The notes under the pieces were generated by a model. The model worked only from the letters and a program-made list of their open reading frames with translations, was not told where the DNA came from and ran no database searches. This document shows, one piece after another, positions 18,954-26,615 of a DNA stretch of 64,000 nucleotides (position 1 is the first letter of the stretch; every line of letters begins with the position of its first letter). Source of the DNA: Thermodesulfobacteriota bacterium (GTDB taxonomy: Bacteria > Desulfobacterota_D > UBA1144 > Nemesobacterales > Mycalebacteriaceae); assembly GCA_965226585.1 (NCBI GenBank), contig OZ245366.1, positions 64,001 to 128,000 of the forward strand, read 5' to 3'. Made by a program: the position numbers and the translations under genes.

Positions 18954-18982
18954 ATGCTATGCGGAACAGGGGTGAAAGTCAA
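18954..18982 (-). promoter_or_regulatory. Sigma70-type promoter for the leader-permease-cysH unit
   Basis: TTGACT (18982-18977), 17-nt spacer, TAGCAT (18959-18954). Confidence 0.65.
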
Positions 18983-19026
18983 TTCCGCCGGGCGCGCCAA
19001 ATCCGTTATAATGGTCTTTCTGAGCA

Positions 19027-19533
19027 ATGGCAAAATCACGCAAACCCGTCATATATCTGGCAAGCCCGTACGGTTTTTCAACCCGGCAGAAGGAAGTGCT
19101 TCTTCCCGAAATCGTGAAAGAACTTGAAGACACGGGCGCGACCGTGTGGGAGCCGTTTGAGCGCAACAACCAGAAGGAAATCCTTTCAAAAAAGGGCTGG
19201 GCTTACAAGGTGGCGCGGGCGGACTTTAAGGACACGCGCGATTGCGATGCCATTTTCGCCGTTGTGAACGGAACCCCGCCCGATGAAGGGGTCGCGGTGG
19301 AACTGGGAATCGCGATGGCGCTGGGAAAACCCACCTTTCTGTTCCGCGACGATTTCCGCAGAGTTACGGACAGCGAAAACTATCCGCTCAACCTGATGCT
19401 GTTCGCGGGCATGCCCGAAAAGAACTGGCGCGACTACTACTACACCTCGCTTGAAGAGATAAAATCGCCGAAAAAAGCTCTTGTGAAATGGATAAAAAAA
19501 CAGACCCGCACACAGCGGAAAAGCGCGGGCTAA
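19027..19533 (+). CDS. Nucleoside 2-deoxyribosyltransferase family protein
   Basis: IYLASPYGF, CDAIFAVVNG, DEGVAVELG (catalytic Glu) and NLML motifs; TATAAT at 19007-19012. Confidence 0.85.
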   Translation: MAKSRKPVIYLASPYGFSTRQKEVLLPEIVKELEDTGATVWEPFERNNQKEILSKKGWAYKVARADFKDTRDCDAIFAVVNGTPPDEGVAVELGIAMALGKPTFLFRDDFRRVTDSENYPLNLMLFAGMPEKNWRDYYYTSLEEIKSPKKALVKWIKKQTRTQRKSAG

Positions 19534-20078
19534 CTCTGCGCGGTCAGCTCATCAGCGTCAAATATCGCGTGAAAACCTATGCCTTCTTTCTCAAAAAGGG
19601 CTTGCGCGTCTCCGCGTTTCACAATCGCCATCACGCTTAAAACCTCAGCACCCAAAGCCCTAACCGCTTCTGCGGCGCGCATAACCGAGCCGCCCGTTGT
19701 AACAACATCCTCAACAAGCACGGCGCGGTCTCCCTTTTGCAAGTTTCCCTCTACGCGCCTCTGAGTACCGTGCCCTTTTTCCTGCTTGCGAACGATAAAA
19801 CCGCGCAGAGATGTGTCTCCGCACAGGGCGAGCATCGCGCCAACTATCGGGTCGGCTCCAAGCGTGGGGCCGCCGATGGCGTTTACCCTTCCGTCTTTTG
19901 AAAACAGGTCAAGGAAAATTGCCGCCGCAAGCCGCGCCCCTTCGGGGTCCAGGGTGGTTTTTCTCGCGTCTATGTAGACGCCGCTCTTCTCGCCCGAAGA
20001 CAGCGTAAAATCGCCAAACTCCACCGAGCGGGCGATGAGTATGGAGCGCAAGCGGTTTCTCTCTTTTTTAAGACTCAT
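19530..20078 (-). CDS. pyrE: Orotate phosphoribosyltransferase
   Basis: FTLSSG, YIDAR, GGPTLGADP, RKQEKGHG and PRPP loop VEDVVTTGGS. Confidence 0.95.
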   Translation of the reverse strand: MSLKKERNRLRSILIARSVEFGDFTLSSGEKSGVYIDARKTTLDPEGARLAAAIFLDLFSKDGRVNAIGGPTLGADPIVGAMLALCGDTSLRGFIVRKQEKGHGTQRRVEGNLQKGDRAVLVEDVVTTGGSVMRAAEAVRALGAEVLSVMAIVKRGDAQALFEKEGIGFHAIFDADELTAQS

Positions 20079-20145
20079 GGAGCGGAAGGGAAACTACACG
20101 GCTTCACCCTCTTGTTCAATCCGTTATTGTTTGCCGGACGGGAAC

Positions 20146-21498
20146 ATGAAAAACATAAGCGTGATACCGGGAGCCGCCGCCGCGGCTTTGCTTTGGATTG
20201 CGGCGGCATTTTCGGGAAGTTTTGCCTCCTACCCCGAAGGCGTGGAGGAGATGCCGGTTGCGGAGCTGACCGCCCTGCTGTGCGCGGCGGGGGTTCTCTA
20301 CCTCGCGGCGATTTGGAAGGCGCGGGACGAGGAGGCGGGAACTTTCGCGGTTGTTTTCGCAATCGGGCTTTTGATGAGGGCGGCGGCGTTCTTCGCTCAC
20401 CCTGTTCTTGAAGACGACTACTTCAGATACCTGTGGGACGGCGCGGTGGCGGCGCGGGGAATCAACCCCTACGTCTTTTCTCCCGCCGAAGCGGTTTCGG
20501 CAAACGCGGGAGACGCCCTTCTCTTGCTCGCGCAAAACTCAGGCGGTGTGGCGGGGCGGATAAACCATGCGGAACTCACAACCGTATACCCCCCGGCGGC
20601 GCAGGCATTTTTCGCCCTCTCCCATCTCGCCGGAGCGTGGAGCGTGAATGTGTGGAGGGCTGTTCTGCTGGCGGCGGATGTTGCGACATTCCTTATACTC
20701 CGGCGCGTCTGCCGGGGGCGCGCCAATCCGGCAATCTACTGGTGGAATCCGCTTGCGGTTTTCACGATCTTTTTCTCTTGCCACATGGAGGCGCTGATAC
20801 TGCCCTTTGCCGCGGGCGCGGTGTGGGCGGCGGGGAAAAAGCGCGGCGTGCTTGCGGCTTTTCTGCTTGCCGTCTCGGTGTCGGTAAAGTTGTGGACGGC
20901 GGTTCTCGCGGGGACGGTCGCAAGGGAGGCGGGAGGCGCGGCGAAAAGAACCTTCGCCCTGCTCGCCCTCTGCGCGGGCGCGGCGGCGGTAACGACTCTG
21001 CCGCTTTTTCTCTACGCTTTCGGAGAAAACTCAGGCATCGCGGCGTATGCGGAAAGCTGGGAAAACAACAGCTCTTTTTTCAGGATAACGCTGTTTTTGT
21101 GCGAGACGGCGGTTGAGGCGGCGGGCTTTCACACCGGGCACGGGCAGTTTGCCGCCCGCATTGCCACCTGCGCGCTGATTGCCTGCGGAGCCGTCTACGC
21201 TTCCACATCGGGCAGATGGCAAAAAGCCGACCTCGCGGGCAGATGCCTGTTTATCTCGGCGCTTGTGTTTCTTGTGATTCCAACCCAGTTCCCGTGGTAC
21301 TACTGCTGGGTCGTTCCGTTTCTGGCGATGAGAAGCGGGGGGGCGAAGTGGTCTCTGCTCGCGCTCACGGCTCTGCTTCCGCTTTACTATCTTAAATACG
21401 GAGCCGTAACGGGTGCCGCCGCAGACGCGCTTGTGTGGATACAGTTTGTTCCGGTGTGGATTATGCTTGTGTTTGAAAACCTGAGGGGAAACAAATGA
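20146..21498 (+). CDS. Polytopic GT-C fold glycosyltransferase (GT87/DUF2029-like); start re-called at ATG 20146
   Basis: LEDDYFRYLWDG, GINPY, TVYPP, YWWNPL and FPWY motifs; many TM helices. Confidence 0.75.
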   Translation: MKNISVIPGAAAAALLWIAAAFSGSFASYPEGVEEMPVAELTALLCAAGVLYLAAIWKARDEEAGTFAVVFAIGLLMRAAAFFAHPVLEDDYFRYLWDGAVAARGINPYVFSPAEAVSANAGDALLLLAQNSGGVAGRINHAELTTVYPPAAQAFFALSHLAGAWSVNVWRAVLLAADVATFLILRRVCRGRANPAIYWWNPLAVFTIFFSCHMEALILPFAAGAVWAAGKKRGVLAAFLLAVSVSVKLWTAVLAGTVAREAGGAAKRTFALLALCAGAAAVTTLPLFLYAFGENSGIAAYAESWENNSSFFRITLFLCETAVEAAGFHTGHGQFAARIATCALIACGAVYASTSGRWQKADLAGRCLFISALVFLVIPTQFPWYYCWVVPFLAMRSGGAKWSLLALTALLPLYYLKYGAVTGAAADALVWIQFVPVWIMLVFENLRGNK

Positions 21499-22421
21499 AT
21501 TTTGAAAAAGAGATGGAAACCGCTCTTTCTGCGGTGACTGAAGCGTGCGGGATTTGCGTCCGCGCCCGTGAGGGCGGGATATACAAGGAAACCAAGGCGG
21601 ACGGAACTCCCGTTACGGCGGCGGATTACGCGGCGCAATTCGTTATCGTCCGCTCCATTGCGCGGCGTTTTCCCGCTGACGGCATTGTGGCGGAAGAAAC
21701 GCCCTCCTTTCAAAACGGGCAAATGGCGGAAGAGGTTTTGAAACTTCTTCCCGAAGCCGGGGCGGATGAAATGGCGGAGATGGTTTCACGCGGCGGAGAT
21801 GCGGAAAGGTTCTGGGCAATTGACCCGATTGACGGAACGGCGGGCTTTATAGAGGGCGCGCAGTTTGCCGTTGCGGCCGCGCTTGTTGAAAACGGAGAGC
21901 CCGCGCTCGGTATCCTCGGTTGTCCGGGACTCGGTTTTATAATGTGCGGAGCGCGGGGACGGGGAGTGCGCAAGGTTGACGTGAAAAAAGCGCAGAGTGG
22001 CAAAGGGGCGTGGGAAAAACCGCGCGGAAGGGGAACTGTTCTGTGCGAAACGGCTCGGGGAACGGAAGAGGCGTATTCCGTAACGCGCGAAATTATGGGA
22101 GATATTGAAAAAAGCGCGGGAGAGACGGAAACGATAAGGATGGACGGGCAGTGTAAATACGCGCTTGTTGCGGCGGGGCGGGCGGATGTGTTTATGCGCG
22201 TTCCCAATTCCGGCGGCAAAAACGGACGCAGGGAGAACATCTGGGATCATGCGGCGGGAGCGGCGGTTGTGAGCGCGGCGGGCGGCAAAGTGTCTGACTT
22301 TTACGGAAACCCGCTTGACTTCGGCGCGGGCTTTACGCTTGCGGAAAACAACGGAGTGGTTGCCTCTGCGGGAGCGGTTGCGGACGTAATTATGGAAGCG
22401 ATACGCAAAACGGGATTTTGA
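21495..22421 (+). CDS. 3'(2'),5'-bisphosphate nucleotidase, HAL2/inositol monophosphatase family
   Basis: PVTAADYAAQ, IVAEE, WAIDPIDGT, DGQCKY and ENIWDHAAG...GGKVSD motifs. Confidence 0.85.
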   Translation: MNFEKEMETALSAVTEACGICVRAREGGIYKETKADGTPVTAADYAAQFVIVRSIARRFPADGIVAEETPSFQNGQMAEEVLKLLPEAGADEMAEMVSRGGDAERFWAIDPIDGTAGFIEGAQFAVAAALVENGEPALGILGCPGLGFIMCGARGRGVRKVDVKKAQSGKGAWEKPRGRGTVLCETARGTEEAYSVTREIMGDIEKSAGETETIRMDGQCKYALVAAGRADVFMRVPNSGGKNGRRENIWDHAAGAAVVSAAGGKVSDFYGNPLDFGAGFTLAENNGVVASAGAVADVIMEAIRKTGF

Positions 22422-22492
22422 AAAAAATCGCGCCCCGCGACTTGCGCGTGTTATTATGATATTTCAGAATAATCGGAAAGGGAGAAACAACA

Positions 22493-23818
22493 ATGGCTTC
22501 AAAAAAAACAAAAACCGCCAAACTTACAAAACGCTACGAAGAGGCGCTCAAATACCCTCTTTTTGACTCAATATTCAACCGCCGCTCGCGCAGATTCGGG
22601 CTTGGAATGGAACTGCCTGAAACAAGCACACTGGGATTCAAATCGTCTTACAAACCCGTGCCGCTTGATGAGTTTGAAGAGGCTCTTCTCGTGTGGTCGG
22701 GGACGGGGCTGACGGGATTGTGCCTTGCAGACCTGCCTCCCGAAAACGGAATTGATCTTCTGTGCCAGTGGACGGGAAGAACATGGCCCTCCGCCTGCAA
22801 CAATCACGGAACGGAACTTTTCTTCACAAACGACAAGGGGCTTTATCACGTTGACGTAAAGCACATGCTTCCCGAACCGGGCGAGCTGGACATGTTTTTC
22901 AAAATGGGAAAACAGAAAAGAATTGACCGCCTTATGGAACTCTACAGGGGCAGCATCGTTAAACTTGAAAATAAAAGAGCCGACCTGCCCGACAAAATGC
23001 CCGGACTTTTTGACTTCAACCAGTGGAACACGAACAAGCCGGGAACCTCGCTGTTTATTCCGGTAACCGATGTTACGGAGGAGTATCTGAACCTTTTGCT
23101 TCTCTACTGCAGCAGCACCTACGGTTTTTCAATCACGGACGACCTGACGGGCAAACCCGCCGGGATTGACAAGTGGATAAAGAAGGGGCGCATAAAGGGC
23201 GAGGTGAAACTTTCGCTGTTTGACCTTGAGGTGAGAATCCTCACGGGGCTTAACGTTGAGCAGGCGTTTATGTGCCAGAACATGAGTCTCGCGCTTCAGG
23301 CTCTCGGGCTCGCGGGATGGACTTTCACGGGGCTTGTGCCGCGCTTCGCTCTCGGCGCGGTGCCAGATATGTTCAAGGGGCTGGGCTTCAGATTCATTCA
23401 GCCAAAACGGGGTTCCATAGATCCGCCGCCAACTATTCCGGTGGGAAGAGACGGAGTTTTTGAAGGTTACTGCCCGCCATATTACAAAAACATGGATGCC
23501 GCGATTGACGCTTTTCTTGAGCACAAGGCGTCTGCGTGGACAAACGACAAACCGTTTCCCTACACCGAGCCGGACAAACACCTTATGCAGGCTCCCCAGC
23601 CCACTGACACGACAATTCAGATTGTGCGCGATGTGGCGAATTACATTTACGACAGATACGGGCGTTTCCCCGCGTTTGTAGACCCGATGTATATGCGGCT
23701 TGTTTTTCAGGCAATGAACATAGACACCGAATTCTACGACAAGTACTACCCGAAGGGGTCGTACACCGACACGCACGCTAAAGCGTTTGAGGCAAACAGG
23801 AAGATGAGGAAAAAATGA
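22493..23818 (+). CDS. Uncharacterised nitroreductase-fold (SagB/ThcOx-like) flavoprotein
   Basis: FMN-binding-like NRRSRR, GRTWPSA and AFMCQNMSLALQALGL; RBS AAAGGGAG; no close named family recognised. Confidence 0.6.
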   Translation: MASKKTKTAKLTKRYEEALKYPLFDSIFNRRSRRFGLGMELPETSTLGFKSSYKPVPLDEFEEALLVWSGTGLTGLCLADLPPENGIDLLCQWTGRTWPSACNNHGTELFFTNDKGLYHVDVKHMLPEPGELDMFFKMGKQKRIDRLMELYRGSIVKLENKRADLPDKMPGLFDFNQWNTNKPGTSLFIPVTDVTEEYLNLLLLYCSSTYGFSITDDLTGKPAGIDKWIKKGRIKGEVKLSLFDLEVRILTGLNVEQAFMCQNMSLALQALGLAGWTFTGLVPRFALGAVPDMFKGLGFRFIQPKRGSIDPPPTIPVGRDGVFEGYCPPYYKNMDAAIDAFLEHKASAWTNDKPFPYTEPDKHLMQAPQPTDTTIQIVRDVANYIYDRYGRFPAFVDPMYMRLVFQAMNIDTEFYDKYYPKGSYTDTHAKAFEANRKMRKK

Positions 23819-25083
23819 AAATCGCGATTGTCGGAAACGGTATCACGGGCATCAGCGCGGCGATTGAAGCCAGGCGGCTGAAACCCGAATGGGAGATTAC
23901 CGTTATATCCGGCGAATCAGATTTTCACTATTCGCGCCCCGCCCTGATGTACATATACATGGGGCACATGAGTTACCGCGACACCAAACCGTACGAAGAC
24001 GGATTCTGGCGGCAAAACCGCATAAACCTTCTGCGCGGCTGGGTAACGGGAATTGACTCGAAAAACAGCCGCCTGATGCTTCACGGCAAAGAGCCGGAGG
24101 GTTACGACAAACTTCTGCTGGCGGTTGGAAGCAAACCCAACAAATTCGGATGGCCCGGACAGGATTTAAAAGGCGTTCAGGGACTCTACGACCTGATGGA
24201 CTTGAGGGAACTCTACGAAAACTCCAGGGGGCTTAAACACGCCGTTATAACGGGCGGCGGACTTATCGGAATTGAGCTTGCGGAAATGCTCCACTCGCGC
24301 GGCGTGCACGTAACCTTCCTTGTGCGCGAAAAATCCTACTGGAACCGCGTTCTGCCGGACGAAGAGTCCGCGATGGTCAACAGGGTGATAGAAAAAGAAG
24401 GGATTGAACTCCGCCTTGGCGCGGAGCTGGCTGAAATTCTTGACGGCGGAGACGGAAGGGTTTGCGGTGTTGTCACAAAAGACGGGCAAAGAATAGAGTG
24501 CGGATTTGTTGGTCTGACGGCGGGCGTGAGCCCAAACACCGCCCTTGCCGGCGAAGGCGGCATTGAAACGGGCAGGGGAATCCTTGTGGACAGGGGTTTC
24601 AAAACGAGCGCGGAAAACATCTATTCCGCCGGAGACTGCGCGGAGATAGTAACCGGAGAGGAAAGAAATCTTCTCCAACAGGTCTGGTACACGGGAAAAG
24701 CGCAGGGAGTAGCCGCCGCGCAATCGATGTGCGGAATCGAAACGCGCTACGAGCCGGCAACATGGTTTAACTCGGCAAAGTTTCTTGACCTTGAATATCA
24801 GACCTACGGACAGGTGAACATGAATGTTGCGGGCGAGGAAAGCCTCTACTGGGAACGCCCGGACGGGCTCGCCGGGCTCAGAATCGTCCACGCGGGCGGG
24901 GCTGTAATCGGTGTGAACGTGATGGGGCTTCGCTACCGCCACAAGGTTTGCGAGGGTTGGATTGAGGAGAAACGCCCGCTTGACTACGTTCTGGACAGAC
25001 TGGGAGACGCGAATTTCGACCCGGAGTTCTACTCCCTTTATGAAAAGGAGATAGCGGGCGTTTTCAGGGAGAAGACGGGATGA
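23815..25083 (+). CDS. NAD(P)/FAD-dependent oxidoreductase (Pyr_redox_2, rubredoxin/ferredoxin reductase-like)
   Basis: IVGNGITG, YSRPAL, GGGLIGIELAE and IYSAGDCA; ATGA overlaps on both sides. Confidence 0.88.
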   Translation: MKIAIVGNGITGISAAIEARRLKPEWEITVISGESDFHYSRPALMYIYMGHMSYRDTKPYEDGFWRQNRINLLRGWVTGIDSKNSRLMLHGKEPEGYDKLLLAVGSKPNKFGWPGQDLKGVQGLYDLMDLRELYENSRGLKHAVITGGGLIGIELAEMLHSRGVHVTFLVREKSYWNRVLPDEESAMVNRVIEKEGIELRLGAELAEILDGGDGRVCGVVTKDGQRIECGFVGLTAGVSPNTALAGEGGIETGRGILVDRGFKTSAENIYSAGDCAEIVTGEERNLLQQVWYTGKAQGVAAAQSMCGIETRYEPATWFNSAKFLDLEYQTYGQVNMNVAGEESLYWERPDGLAGLRIVHAGGAVIGVNVMGLRYRHKVCEGWIEEKRPLDYVLDRLGDANFDPEFYSLYEKEIAGVFREKTG

Positions 25084-26564
25084 CAACGGACGCGAAGACA
25101 CTTGCGTATGACTACGACGAAGAAACTCTGGGCTTTGAAGAGCCGGAGGTTTCAAGCGCGGAGGATATTTCCGTTGCGGAAAAAATTTGTCTCGCCCTTG
25201 TCGGGGCGGGAGTGGTGGCTTTTGCCGTTCAGTTGGCCGGAGGTCTGTTTGCCGGCACATGGGCGGGAATTGCCCTCGCGTTCGGTCTGCCGTGCGCGGG
25301 GGCGGCGGGATATTTCATCCTTTCCTACACGGGAACAACGGCGGGAATAAAAAACAACGGCGCGTATTTCGCGAACATCTCCTCTCGCGGCTTGCTCGCG
25401 TGGGTCGCGGGGATTGTGATGACGGGTTTTTACATCCTGCTCTACTGGTATCCCTCAACGCTTGAAGGCGCGGTGAGAATGACAGACCCCGTCTCGATGG
25501 CTCTTTCGGGCGGCGCGGCGGACAGGTGGTTTCTCTACGGATTTCTCTACACACTTGCGGTTTTCACCTTCGGGATAAGAATGATAATGCGCTACCGGCA
25601 CAATCGGTATCAGCAAATCCGCACGGTGTCTGTGATGTTTTTTCAACTGGGTTTCGCGTTTTTAATCCCACACATTTTGAAACTGTTTAATCAGCCGGAG
25701 TTTTACTTCAGTTACTTCTGGCCCCTGAAATACGACTATCTTTTCCCCGGCACGGTTTCGCATATCATGAGCAGCCCGGGCGGGCTTGGCGTGTTTTTTA
25801 TCTTCTGGGGAGCGGTGATGACTTTTGTGGCGACTCCGTTGCTAACTTACAGGTTCGGCAAACGGTGGTATTGCTCGTGGGTTTGCGGTTGCGGCGGGCT
25901 TGCCGAAACCATGGGCGACCCGTGGCGGCAGTTGTCTGACAAGTCCGTAAAGGCGTGGAAGGTTGAGAGGTGGATGGTTCACGGCGTTCTGGTTTTTGTT
26001 GTGATTACAACCGCGCTTCTGTGGGCAAACTCGGCGACCGGCGGCTGGCTGTTCGGCGGGATTTCGCAGATGTTTTCAAAATGGTACGGCTTTTTCATAG
26101 GCGCGGTTTTTTCCGGCGTAATCGGTGTGGGTTTCTACCCGATTATGGGAACAAGGGTGTGGTGCAGGTTCGGTTGCCCGATGGCGGCAGTGCTTGGAAT
26201 TTTCCAGAGGTTTTTCTCCAGATTCAGAATCACGACAAACGGCGGGCAGTGTATGTCGTGCGGAAATTGTTCGACCTATTGCGAGATGGGAATAGATGTG
26301 CGCGCCTACGCACAGAAGGGGGAGAACATCATCCGCGCTTCGTGTGTCGGTTGCGGAATATGCGCGGCGGTTTGCCCGAGAGGAGTATTAAAACTTGAAA
26401 ACGGCGCGACCTTCTCAGACCGGTACAGGGGAGCCGAAAACCCGTTCGGCGCGCTGATTGAAGCCGTCAAGCACGACAACACAAGCGGGATAGTGGAGTT
26501 GCCGACAAAAGCAGGGGCGGTGAAGTTTGTCAGGGGGATGAGGGATATGAGGGTGAGGGGTTGA
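25080..26564 (+). CDS. Membrane 4Fe-4S protein (NapH/YccM-like plus ferredoxin domain)
   Basis: Multiple TM helices; RWYCSWVCGCG, RVWCRFGCP, CMSCGNCSTYCE and CVGCGICAAVCP. Confidence 0.88.
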   Translation: MTTDAKTLAYDYDEETLGFEEPEVSSAEDISVAEKICLALVGAGVVAFAVQLAGGLFAGTWAGIALAFGLPCAGAAGYFILSYTGTTAGIKNNGAYFANISSRGLLAWVAGIVMTGFYILLYWYPSTLEGAVRMTDPVSMALSGGAADRWFLYGFLYTLAVFTFGIRMIMRYRHNRYQQIRTVSVMFFQLGFAFLIPHILKLFNQPEFYFSYFWPLKYDYLFPGTVSHIMSSPGGLGVFFIFWGAVMTFVATPLLTYRFGKRWYCSWVCGCGGLAETMGDPWRQLSDKSVKAWKVERWMVHGVLVFVVITTALLWANSATGGWLFGGISQMFSKWYGFFIGAVFSGVIGVGFYPIMGTRVWCRFGCPMAAVLGIFQRFFSRFRITTNGGQCMSCGNCSTYCEMGIDVRAYAQKGENIIRASCVGCGICAAVCPRGVLKLENGATFSDRYRGAENPFGALIEAVKHDNTSGIVELPTKAGAVKFVRGMRDMRVRG

Positions 26565-26615
26565 GATGGTTGAACATCTCAAGTCTGTTTTCCCTCGGCA
26601 GATATACTTCCACCC

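Noticed and set aside
18716..18982. SAM riboswitch or T-box upstream of the sulfur genes
   Set aside because: No SAM-I core or T-box consensus is recognisable; the Cys-rich sORF explains the leader better. An Infernal search would confirm.
24166..25260. 364-aa minus-strand ORF
   Set aside because: It is antisense to the FAD oxidoreductase and has no motifs; a typical shadow ORF.
26536..26566. TGAGGG-like short repeats at the end of the 4Fe-4S gene
   Set aside because: Only a few imperfect copies inside coding sequence; low-complexity tail, not an array.
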